DNA of 64,000 nt from Vicugna vicugna (Eukaryota), in NCBI GenBank assembly GCA_013265495.1, contig MU058687.1:124001-188000 (forward strand), in the 5' to 3' direction. The position numbers and the translations under genes were made by a program. Shown piece after piece: positions 37,314 through 49,700 of the stretch (position 1 is its first letter; each line of letters begins with the position of its first letter). A model generated the notes under the pieces. It was not told where the DNA came from, did no database searches, and saw only the letters and a program-made list of their open reading frames with translations.

Positions 37314-37900
37314 CTCATTCTCGGCACGTCGAAGGGTAGGTAGGCTAGGAATGAGCTCCTGCCTCTTCCGGACGGTCCCACCCCGGGACCTCCAAAAGCA
37401 CAGCCCATCCTGGGCCTTCCTAAGTCGCTCCTTCCTGCAGCTCTTTGCTGAGTGGCGCCCCAGGGACCAGTCTCGGCCTGATGCCGAGGGGCGTGATGAA
37501 AACTCCCCATCGGAGTGGAGGATACCGTCCACCAGGCGCCGCGGCGGCCGGCAGTGCAGCAGTCGGGCGCCCGCCTCTGTCCAGGTGCAGAGCTGGTTCT
37601 CCGCCCCAGCCGCGCCGCGTTCTGCAGCGAGCCGGCCGCCTGCCTGGCGGCTTTCTGCTGCCCCCTGGTGTCGGAAGCCTTTTACGCAGACTTTCAGTGG
37701 ATCCAGGAAACCGATTTATGTAGCTGACTTGCTTTGCTAGCTAATTTGTCATCTGAAAATAACGGGAGTGTCTTAACTCTTTTGCTTTGTCGCCTAGGCA
37801 TGAGGCGGGACATTCATTCCCCTAAATGGTGGCGGGGATTTAAATTTAATCGGCGTGGATACCTCTCTTATGCCAGCTGCCCATCTTAACTCCTAGTGCT
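37314..37900. promoter_or_regulatory. Orphan CpG island / putative promoter between ACOT6 and DNAL1
   Basis: Dense CpG, GC-rich unique sequence with ETS-like CTTCCGG and CGGAAG motifs and no recognisable coding exon. Confidence 0.6.
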
Positions 37901-38181
37901 GCAGGCGTATGTACACCTTGCAGGTTTTCTGTTATTAAGCCTAAAACTGCTGGACAGTTTCTAGCGTTAAACGCTTGTTTGTCCATCTCTGCTAGGCAGA
38001 GCTTTGTGTTAATTTAATTTTTCTTGTTATCATTTCTTGTAAAAAAAAATGGCAAGAGTAGTTGCTACAAATCTTAGCAACTATTCGCTTGGTATCTGTT
38101 CAAGCCCCAAGGTGACTGAAGTCATACTATACTGTTCAGTCTTTTGTACTGCCTTTATTTTAAGATAAAGATGACCCTTCT

Positions 38182-38676
38182 AGTTGTGGTATATTCATAC
38201 AATGGAATACTACTCAGCGATAAAAAAGAATAAAATAATGCCATTTACAGCAATATGGATGAACCTAGAGATCATTATTCTAAGTAAGCCAGAAAGAGAA
38301 AGAAAGATACCACATAATACCACTTATATCTGGAATCTAAAAAAAAGAAAAAGAAAAGAAAAAAAGAGGACAGTAATGAACTCATCTACAAAACAGAGAC
38401 TTGCAGACATAGTGAACAATTTTATGGTTACTGGGGGAAAGGGGGTGGGAAGGGGTAAATCTGGGAGTTTGAGATTTGTAAAAGTTAACCACTATATATA
38501 AAAATAGATAAAAAACAAATTTCTTCTGTATGGCACAGGGAATTATATTCAGTATCTTGCAATAACTTTTAATGAAAAAGAATATGAAAACAAATATATT
38601 TATTTATACACATGACTGGGACATTATGCTGTTCAGAAACTGACAAAAGGTAACTGACTATACTTCAATTAAAAAA
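38182..38676 (+). mobile_element. L1 3' end with TSD
   Basis: TSD aaagatgacccttct / aaagatgacctttct; MWYIHTMEYYSAIKKN ORF2 tail. Confidence 0.88.
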
Positions 38677-41600
38677 AAAGATGACCTTTCTTTTATTGTC
38701 TCATATATTCTAATACCTTGGAGACCTTCACCATGATGAGAAAACTGTTATGTTGCTCATTTCATAGATCAAAGAACAAACAGCTTCTTTATAGCATAAA
38801 TGAGGAAACCAAGGCCTAAAGTGTTTTAACTACTAGCTAGGCGATGCTAAAATCAGAGTGCAAATTCTGAGCTCCAAACTCCGGCTGAATGAGTGAATCA
38901 ATGAGTGGAGTAATTGGTTTTTTAAAAGCCCAGTCTGGTTTATCCCCTGCCCTCATCTTCAAGATCCTTAGGGACAACTAAGAATCTTTTAAATGAGAGA
39001 TTTAAGACATTTTCGTAGCTATGAGGTCCAAGCAAATTTCCATACTGGGGACTAAATTAATGAATTGAAACAAAATAAAAATTCTCAGTTATTTTAATAT
39101 GGTAATCAGATTAGTATTTTGAAACCTGTAGTTGGAAAACTCTATTGCCAGAATGAGTTTAAGGATCTGAATTTTTTTTTTGCTTTTTATAACAGATTTA
39201 TTAAGATCTAATTCAGATACCATACAATTCACCCATTACAATTGATATTTTTTTAATTGAAGTATAGAAGAATTGAAGACCCCTGGGATCCAGCCTATTG
39301 AAAAGCCCTATCCCCCTTGAGAAAGCCAGTGCCCATTCCCTTTGTATCATTGGGGAGGGTGACAGGCATTAAGATCTCTGTTTATGCTGACAGAGCTGTG
39401 AAGCACCTCACAGAGCATAGAAGACAAATTTCACTCTTTTAAGCTGCTCTAATGCTGGGCACAGACTAGAACCCCCTTACAACCTTTTTTTTCTCTGTAG
39501 CTCTGGATCCTGAAGGGGGTCCTGTTTTGGGAAGTGGGCAGCTCAAAGCTCATGCTGTGGTTCAGACTGAGTCTTGGAAGATAATCTTAGAGCTTTTCCA
39601 CTTGCATCTAGAGTAAAGGCTAACAAGCTAGACAGTTAAGTTTATAATATGCTCAGAACAAATCGGGGGACAAACTGAATATTTTTGACAAATAACAACT
39701 GAGATCTGGACTTCTCATGGGCATCTGAAACCTTTTAAAAGAAGTAAAAATACTTGCTTCAACTTCGTCAGACCCTGTAGCTTTGATACTATCTATGTTT
39801 CTCCATGTTTAGTTTGTTTTGAGCTTGAATTCAAGGTAATTGCTACAGGAAAACAAGTTTTCAATCTGCCATTTACCCACTTTTCCCAACCACCCTCCCT
39901 GTCACCTCTGTCCTTTCAAAGATTTTTTTAAAACTGGCATGTGATACCTCCTATACCCGTCCCAGAGGTTTTAAAACTGTTTCAAATAAGGTAAATACAG
40001 GAATATAGGCCCATGGTTTTATGACGAGGAACAATTGGGCTATGATAACTTGTTCATAATAGAGGTTGGAGTGAATTCTAATAAAATGACTTAGAGGCTA
40101 ATTTGTGGTAGACTGAAGTCACAGCATCCTTTCTTCTGTAAACCAGACTTTGATTTTTCTCTAGTTGCCACCTGTTCTGGGATCTTTAAAGAAAGTCAGA
40201 GATCCTAAGATACTTCTTTAAAAACGGCAACCTATTACTAGGAAACACTTTGATTCTCTATAGTTGCCTTATCTCTATATTTGTACCTTAAAAACTTTTC
40301 TTCCCACTTTTTTCAAAACTGTAGTATTTTAAAAATAGGCTGATTCCAGGTCCCGGTCCCAAGTTGATAATTACCTATGTAGACAATATAATTACCTGGG
40401 AGAAAGACAAAGTTTATCCCTTCTGCCTTCTACTAACTTCACCAAAATTTTAATTACAATTTGTGGGTAAGTCTTAATTTATTACAATAATCCTAGCTGA
40501 AGTTCTGAGTTTTGTTCATAAACTTTAAAAATATATGTGGAATTAAAAGATGTTAAAAGTTCTGGCCTTCATCATAATTTAGTTTTAATTTAGTTTTAAT
40601 TTATTTAGGTTCCCCACCCTGCCACATACTTGAAGAGAAAGATTAAGGTATTAATTACTAGCCTTTGATTTTGGTTGATCAGTGGATCTTGTGTTCAGAA
40701 CTATATTTTGGGCTCTTCTTGGCAAAGGATGAAGTGTTGTCATCTTAATTTGTAGTATCAATAGTTCCCCCCTCCAAAATTAACATTATTTTTTTAACTG
40801 AATATGTTTTAAATTATTAGCATCACCAAAAAAGTATTTATATATATACATATACACACACATACTACCTCCTGATTTTTGGATCATTCATGTAGATTTT
40901 TAAAAAGAGTTTTATTTTAAAACAGACCAAAAACATAGTGAGGGGAGAAATTGGCTTTTTAGCAAATAACTATAATAAGAATCATAATCTGGGAAACTAT
41001 TGAAATTTGACACAGTGGTCATTCTAATTTGAACTGATAAACCTGTTAACTTTAAGAATTAATGATGGTATTAGGCTTTAAGTTCTTTTTAAAAATCTTT
41101 TTACTTTAAGATATGTAACTGTTAGCTATTTTTTTCAATCTCTAATCATCTATTCACTGTGACAGTGTTTCTTTTCTTTTAGTCAATCCAAGTTCTTGTT
41201 TAAAAATTAAATATTTCTTAATGTATTTGGTTTTCTATCATTTTACACTATTTACCTACACTTTTCAAAGGGTCTGCTAGACTTTCTGAATTTGCGGAAA
41301 CTGTTTCAGTAAGATTTTTAACCTTTCTCTCAACTTTTACCCAGGCCTGCAATAAGAGCAAGTGAACCCAACCATATTCTCTGATGAACAACTTTTAAAA
41401 TCTATTTTGCTATTTTGCAGGATTAAAAAAACAAAGAAAGGATCCAAGTTATATAATTCTTTCTTTTTCTTGTGTGAAAGTTTTTAACTTTTGAGCACCT
41501 GAAACTCAAAATGTACTTGATGGAAAATGTACCAAGACATTGTGAATTCACTTGCAGAAACAAGCAGATTTCTGTTTATATAGTGGTAAATAGTTCATAT

Positions 41601-42075
41601 GATGGTAAATATCCATGTTACAAGTTTACCACTGCAGTGACAAGGAGAAAGTAGGAAAAAACGTTCTGAGTAAGCATGAAAATAAAGTTGATTTATTAAT
41701 GATATTTCACTATTAATATCAGCTCCTTATGGTGTAATCCACAGTTTTGAGTAAAAGGACTACTCTGCTGGGTTATAAGATATATTTAAGGATTAGATTC
41801 CCATTACAGTCACATCAACAAAACTGGTAGAGATTTTGGCAGGTGAAAAAGAATTCTAGTTTGGAGAGCTATGGAGATGTGAAGCTCTTCCAAAAAACAC
41901 TACAAGAACAAAATTTGAATATGTTATGAATATATATTTCTTCAGTAAACATTTAACTTTTTCTTATTTTTATGAATTGATTAAATTATTTTTTCAAAGT
42001 GAATATATTTTTCTTATTTCAAAATTTAAAACCTCCACATTATAGAACAGTCAGAAAACAAGCAACATGAGCATT

Positions 42076-42447
42076 GTATTAGTTGGTTCAGGTTTCCAGT
42101 AAAAAAAAAAAACCACAGACAAGGGGTTTAAACAAAAGTTTGTCTTCTCAGTTATGGAGGCTAGAAGTCCAAGATCAAACCACAACAGTGTTTTTTGGTG
42201 AGACCTCTTTTCTTGGCTTGCAGATAACCACCTTCTCACTGTGTCCTCACATGGCCTTTCCTTTCCGCCCACCACTCCTGGTTATCTGTTCCTCTTCCTA
42301 TAAGGACACCATTCCTATTGGATTCAGGCCCCACTCTTATGGCCTCATTTAACCTTAATTACCTCCTTAGAGGCCCTGTCTCCGAATAAATTCACATTGG
42401 AGGTTAGGGCATATGAATTTTGAGGGGACATAACTCAGTCCATAACA
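42076..42447 (-). mobile_element. MaLR solo LTR (MLT1-like)
   Basis: tgtattagtt...ggaggctagaagtccaagatcaa...actcagtccataaca. Confidence 0.8.
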
Positions 42448-43249
42448 TTTAACCCTTGTAATATCCTTTCAGTTATGTATGTGTATGTGTGTGTGCGTGT
42501 GCTATGTGTAATTTTTAAGAGGATAATACTATTTTGTTTGGTAACTTGCATTTTAAATGAATACATGACGGCTATCTTTGCAGGTGAATAGATGCATTTC
42601 AGCAACGTTTCTAACAGAAGTATATTATTTCATTGCTTGGATGCTTATAATACCAATTCTCTTTTGTTGACATTTGAGTTGTTTTTCTTTTTGCTATTAA
42701 CTTTGAACGTATATTTCTGCGCATTTGTTTGATTATTTCTTCAGGATGAAGTCCAGGAAGTGGAACTGCTGGGTCAGAGGTGCTGACGTTTCTAAAGCTT
42801 TTAATACATACTGCCGACCGCCTCCGGAAAGGCTGTATCAATTATAAACAGCAGTGTATATATGCGTCCTCATTTCTCCACACCCCTAGCAACTCTGAGT
42901 ATCTTTACAATTTTTGGCTAACTTCATAGTTAGGGGTAAAAAGACTTCTCGGTTGTATAAGAACCAACATTTCATGCTTTCAGTTGCCTCAGGCCCCCTC
43001 AAGAGGTTGGGGGAAGAAGCTAACTGAAGAAATGCAGCCGCGTGTAGCTTAGGGTATCCCGGATCTGACAGATCAACAGGTGAATTATAGCAGGGAGTCA
43101 AGAGAACCGGAAGGGCAATAAGCAAGGGAACGGAATTTAAGGGTTTTTTTATGGGAGGGGCAACTGTTACAGGAACATTTTAAAGTTTTAAAGTTTAGGC
43201 AGGTACGTCACTCCAGATTACCTGAAATTGCTTTCACAAGGGAAAGAGA

Positions 43250-43700
43250 CAGCTGCCGACCACTCTGCGAGGTTAAGCTCCCATGCCCTCTGCAGCACTG
43301 GGAAGAAAGCGGCTACCCAGCCGGAGGACTAGGGCAAACGCCGCGCCGTCCCACAATGCCCCGCTCGCGCCCCCCTGAGGGCGGAGAAAAAGGACCGCTG
43401 CCAGGGTAGGGATCTGCGCGAGCTCTGAGAAGTGCGCACGCGCACTGACCCCGGCGGGCCCTAGCAACCAGAGCAGTGACAGTAGCAACGGCCGGAATGG
43501 TGAGTACCCTCCAGGCCTCGCAGCCAAAGCTGAGAGAAGATTGAAGGTGGAAAAGGCTGACTGTGGAGTGTTGAGGGTGGGGGAAGTCATCGAACAGCGG
43601 AAGGGAGCCGGTAGCGGATGCTAACTCCATGGATTTAGAGGCCTGAGGCGAAAGAGAAGCCCTGGTACCGGGTGGCCTGGGGTGAGGGCGGCCTGGGGCG
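43250..43700 (+). promoter_or_regulatory. DNAL1 CpG-island promoter with NRF1 site and RFX X-box-like motifs
   Basis: TGCGCACGCGCA at 43433-43444 (NRF1 consensus YGCGCAYGCGCR); CTAGCAAC at 43461-43468; GTGACA-GT-AGCAAC at 43476-43489. Confidence 0.7.
43497..43499 (+). CDS. DNAL1: DNAL1 exon 1 coding part (ATG only)
   Basis: GGAATG|GTGAGT within a CpG island. Confidence 0.85.
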
Positions 43701-46700
43701 GATTGGAGGTTGGGTTAATGGGGAAGGACTCTGGCAGAGAAAAGGGAGGGCAGAGAGCAGAAAATTCTCGAAAAAGGGCGGATTAGAGTGGGGAAGGTGA
43801 TGGAAGGGAGACTGTGAATCAGGATATCGTTTTACACAGAAGTAATTTCCCCCTGGAGAGAAGGGAGGTGGAGATGGCTGGTTACGAGAGGAATGCGTGT
43901 AACACCGATGGGTTGCCGCAGTGTTTGTAGCCTGTGATGTGCCCAGGTTGCCCTCTGGGGCAACTGGCAGAATGACTGCCAGTTCAGTTAGTTATTAGGT
44001 AGCATTGTATAAAACACTCTGATAGAATATATTAGGGTAGTGTTTCTCTAGTTTCAGTATGCATAGATATGATTTTGGCCTAAGTTGGAGAGCAGATCAT
44101 TAATTTTTAATATAATGGGGGTTCAGGAATGTGCATTTCAAGTGATTATAAAATTGGAGGACACCCCAGAACACTTTGAGAAATACTGCTGCCTTAGATT
44201 TGAAATCTGTCAGCAGTCTACCGAACTTCTTCATGAAGTAATGATTTTACCAAGTGATGCTCCTCAACTCCTACTTAAAATAAGCACTGTCTTGCTTACA
44301 TACTTGGTAGTTCCAGCTAGTAGTTTGAAAAGGGATGTTGTTGATTGCTAATAGACCCAGCCAAAGCTATTTAGCAAAGTATGTGATTGTCCTGCCTGAT
44401 GGAAATGTTTATAAAGAATGCGTATAATTAGTACTCTTCTTTTTGTGATTTCATTGCTATGTAAGTGGGCAGATATTGATCCCAGGAAACTGTAAAATTA
44501 GTTTCCTCCGCTGCTCTCCTTACTTTATTCCACAAGCATTTAGCTGAAAACCAAGGAAAGTGAAAAATTCTGGAACCTAGATTTATATTCAGGTGAAGAA
44601 ATAATCAGCCCTAAATAATCCTGAAAGCATGAACCATGAGAATTATCAAAAATCTTCAAAGAGAGAATCAGAACTACTAATTAGATTAAACTAGCTGAGG
44701 CTCAAACCCATAGTTCTGGGGGCCTCTAGAAATACAATCCCACATATTTTTTTAATTAAAAAAATTAGCTTCCAGTATCTTAAAAATGATCATATTTCAC
44801 ATCAAACCCAAATTTCTGGCTTCCCTGAAAAATCAGAAATACCATATTTTCACCGTTGGAGTCATTTTCCCCCACATTTTTGTATTACTGAAATATGATA
44901 GTGTAATATAATTGGCAGCATCTTTTCTTTCTTAATCGTACATAAAATAAAGGAGTTACTTTCAATTAATAGAGTTTTCGTATTTGAAGAAATGTGATAT
45001 TAGAGTAACTCTTATCCCAAAGCCCAACTGTCAACAGTTCTCTGAAACCTCTTTATATGGCCAGCTTTACACAGTTAATGATGTCCATTGGTCCTTTAGG
45101 CATTTCAGACTTTGATTCCTGCTATCTATAGGGGAACTAGTGACCTTTTAAACTAATTTACAGATAGCTAGATTGCTTTTAGCTAGGTTGCTTCCAACTT
45201 GAAAATGTTCTTATGTGTCTCTTTTTTTTGGACCCATGCAAGGGTTTCTCTGGGAAATGAACCCAGGAGTGGGATTTTGCAATCATAGGGTCTGTGCATA
45301 CTTAGCTTACCTAGGCACTGTCAGACTGCTTTCCAGGACAGCTGTGGTAATTTTTACTTCCTTCAGTAATACATGAGGGTTCCTATTTCTCTACATTCTT
45401 ATCAACTTTCTAACTTTTGCCAATTTGAGGATGTATTTTAGTATCCCATTGTTTTACTCTGCATTTCTCTGATTTTCAGTAAATTCAAATACTTCATTGT
45501 TAGTCATCTGGATTTCAGTTTCTGTGAATTTTCTCTTTATATTTTTGCCAACTATTTTTGTTCATTTTTGAATTTTAGGAGTTCCTTGTATATTCTAGAT
45601 ATTAGTCCTTTGTTGGCTTTATGTTGAAAATATCTTAATTTTTCTGTTAACTTGTCAACAGTGTTCTTCATTTGCTGTACTACATCTGTTCTAATATTTG
45701 TCAGTTTATCCTATTGTGTTTCCTACATAGATGATCATCTGCACATAGTGAGTTTTATTTCCTTCTTTTAATCATTCCAATTTGTATTTCTTTTTATTGT
45801 AATATTGATAAAGATTTCTTGTTCCATGTTAAACAGTAGCCGTGATAGTAAGTAAGCATCCTTAATGTGTTTGGGATCTTAAAGAGAATACTTTTAATGT
45901 TACCTTCCTAATTTGGCCCACCTTGACCACCTTATTTAAAATAAATATCCTCCATACACATATACACACATCCTAATACCCCTTACCAAACTTGGCATTT
46001 CCTTTTTCCTTAGTAATTGTCACCTTCTAATTTACTATATAATTTACTTATTTATTATATATATTATTTACCGTCTGTATCCTGCCAATAGATGTAAATT
46101 CCATGAAGGCAGGGATCTTTGGTTTGTCCACTGATATAACCTAAGCAAGTGAAAAAATGTTTGGTACATAGGAGATAATCAATGAATATTTGCTGAAATT
46201 AATGAATTGCTCCATTAAGTATGGTGTTTGATATAGCTTTTTTATATGTAACTTTTATCAAGTAAGGCATTTCACTTTAAACCTTAGTTGAGAGCTTTTA
46301 AAAGGAGATGTAGAACTTTATTAAGTGTTTTTTTCTGCACTTACTGAAATAAATGTGATTTTCTCCCTTTAATCCAGTAATAAATGATTTACATTTATAG
46401 ATTTTTCTGTTGTTAAACAATCCTTATGCTCTTGGAATAAGCCATTTTTGATCATGATCATTATACACTATTGTCTTTGGAGATCTAATATTGTGTCTAG
46501 AATTTGAAAATCTGTGTTGGGAAGTAAAGAGGGCTCCTTATCTGATTATGGACAGCATTAAGATTATTCTAGCCTCATAAAATAAGTTGGCAGCTTTCCT
46601 ATGTAACAAGGAATATCTGTTCCTTGAAAGCTTGGTAGAACTCACTTGTAAATTTATCCAGGCTTGGAGCTTTAGGGGAGGAGGGTGAGGGTAAATCTTT

Positions 46701-49700
46701 TTGATTATCTTTTTAATGTTTTAAATGATTATGGGTCTATTCAAGTTTTCTGGTTCTTCTTGTGACAGTTTTGGCACTTTTGTTTTTTCTGGAAATGTAT
46801 ACTTGGTCTAAGCTTTAAAACTTATTGCCATATATTTGCTTATCATATTTTATTTTTTAAATCTCTGTGGTATCTACGTTATTTCCCCTTATTATTCTAT
46901 ATTTTTAATTTGTGTATCTTTCTTTTTTGCTCAGGCAGGCTTGCCACAGACTTAAGAACCAACTTTTAGTTTTGTTAACCTTTCCCCCCCCATTCTGTTT
47001 TTCATTGATTTCTTCCTTTATATTTCTTTCTGCCTTCATGATGTACTTTTTCAAATATCTTGAATGTTTAGCTTATTTGTTTTCTGTCTCTTGTTATCTT
47101 ATTTTTAAATGAATGTATTTGAAGCATAAGTTTTCTTTTAAGTGTTATATTCCTCAAATTTTCATGTTCTTTGTCTTTTAATATTTTACTTTAATTTATA
47201 ATTTTATTTTTAATTTAAAGGTTATTCATTAGCATGTCTTTACTTTATAGACATAATTCCTTTTGTTATTGTTTAGGATTCTTTCTTTCTTTTTTATGAG
47301 CTCCAGCAATAATTCAAAAGATGTCTTCCTTTTCTCATCTTTAAAGTTTTAAATGTCATATTAAATTGAATCTAAGATATTGTTGATTATAAGGTGCAAC
47401 ATTATTTTATGTTCCACTAAGAAAGAAAAACAAGAAATTGGAATTAGTCTATGACATAATTTCCTATCACTTAGAATTTTTATTTTGTACTTATTGACAG
47501 AGTTATTTTAAATATATTTAGGCATATAGATTTTTATCATGTCATCCTTTGACAAACATAAAAATGAATATGGTATGTATAGTGAATAAAATGGTTAATA
47601 TTCTTCTAAAACTTCATCACTGCTACCTGGCTGCAAGCAATTATAAATTGTTCCTGGTTGTAAGATGTATCCAAATTTCAGAGATACTAAAAATGTAAAA
47701 GAAGATGTAAATCTTAGAATCAATGAAATAAGATATACTTTAATATCAGTGTTGAAAACTGTGTGTTTTTTGTAAACCAGGTGGGAGTAAAGTATACAAC
47801 ATTACATCATGATTTTCTTAATTTCTCTGAGAGGCATTTGAATAAATCATTCTGATTTCAGATAATTAAAACACTCTCTTTGCATATAAAATCTTAAGGA
47901 AAGAAGTTGATCTTTTTAATGGTAGATGCCAAGGCTAATTATTGCATGAAAATTCAGTCAGCAAATTATACCAATAAAGACAGCCTTGTTTTTTCTTTTC
48001 TTTTTAAGGCAAAAGCAACAACAATCAAAGAAGCCCTAGCCAGATGGGTGAGTTTTTAAGTTTTTACTTCTTTTAGAAACCATACAAGGAGAATTTTTGG
48101 GTAGTTACTTAAGTCTGATCATTCAGTACAAGAAATCTTTGTGATACTAGAACGTTTAGCAATCTTGACTGTGGTAGTGGATACATGAATTACACAGGTG
48201 ATAAAATTGCATAGAACTTAATACACACATACAGAAACATTCACACATATGTACAAATGAGTACAAGTAAAATTGGGAAAATCTGATTAAAATCAGTGGA
48301 TTGTATCATTATTGATACTGGTTGTGATATTACACTATAGTTTTGGGAAATGTTACCATTGGGGGAAACTGGAAAAGTGTATAAGGGATCTCTCTGTATT
48401 GTTTTTTATTAACTACAAATGAATCTTCAAATATTTCAGTAAAAAATTCAATTAAAAAAATCTGACCACTGTAAAATTTAAACATGGAAAGGCTGATTAA
48501 TCTGTTATTGTAAGATGGCTGGAATCTCTATGTTACAGTACATTTTCTTTTTCAACATTACCGTCATTAAACTACATGTCATTTTCAGGTGATAGAGTGT
48601 CACGCGAATTGTCTAGGTTTTAGGAATGGTAGTTTTAGCCTCTTGGAAGTTGGAACAGAGACAGCCAGTGTGGGCAAGTGAAAATCATGCATAGACAACT
48701 GAAAAGACATCAAATAAAAATACTAAAGTGATGCTCAGTATCACTGATCATCAGAGAAATGCAAATCAAAACCACAGTGAGATATCACCTCACACTTGTT
48801 AAAATGGTTATCATCAAAAAGATGAGAGAAAAGTATTGGTGAGGATGTGGAGAAAAAGGAACTCTTTTGCACTTTGGTGGGGATATAAATTGGCACAGCT
48901 GCTATGGTGAACACTATGGAGGCTCCTCAAAAATTAAAAGTAGAACTACTGTGTGATCCAGCAGCCCCACTTCTGGAAATATATCTGAGGGGAATGAAAT
49001 CACTATCTTGACAAGATACCTATATTCCCATGTTCATTGTAGTGTTATTCATAATAGCCAAGATGTGGAAATAGCCTAAATGTCCATCAATGGATGAATG
49101 GATAAGGAAAATGTGTATATATACACAATGGAATATTATTTGGCCATAAAAAGATGGAAATCCTGCCATTTTCAACAACATAGGCGGACCTTGAATGCAC
49201 TATGCTAAGTGATACAAGTCAGATAGAGAAAGACAAATACTATATGATTTTACTTGTATGTGGAATCTGAAAAAGTCAAACTCATAGAAACAGATTAGAA
49301 TGGTGGTTGCCAGAGTTGAGGGTGGAGAAAATGAGGAGGTGTTGGTCAAAGGATACAAACTTCCAGTTGTAAAACAAGTTATGAGGATCTAATGTACAAC
49401 ATAGTGACTATAGTTAATATTGTATTATATACTTGAAAGTTGCTAAGAGAATAGATCTTAAATAATCTCAGCACACACATGAAATAATTATGTGAGGTGA
49501 CAGATGTGTTAACTAACCTTTTTCTGGTAATCATTTTGCTATATATACATGTTATCAAAGCATCACATTATATACCTTAAATATGTACGATGTTGTGTAT
49601 GTCAGTTATATGTCAATAAATCTGTAAAAAGTGGTATCATTTTGTAATGTATAGAAATACTGAATCACTATGTTATACACCAGGAACTAACATAGTGTTG

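Noticed and set aside
37290..37740. ORFs of 67-129 aa in the orphan CpG island
   Set aside because: GC-driven open frames on both strands with no recognisable homology or exon structure.
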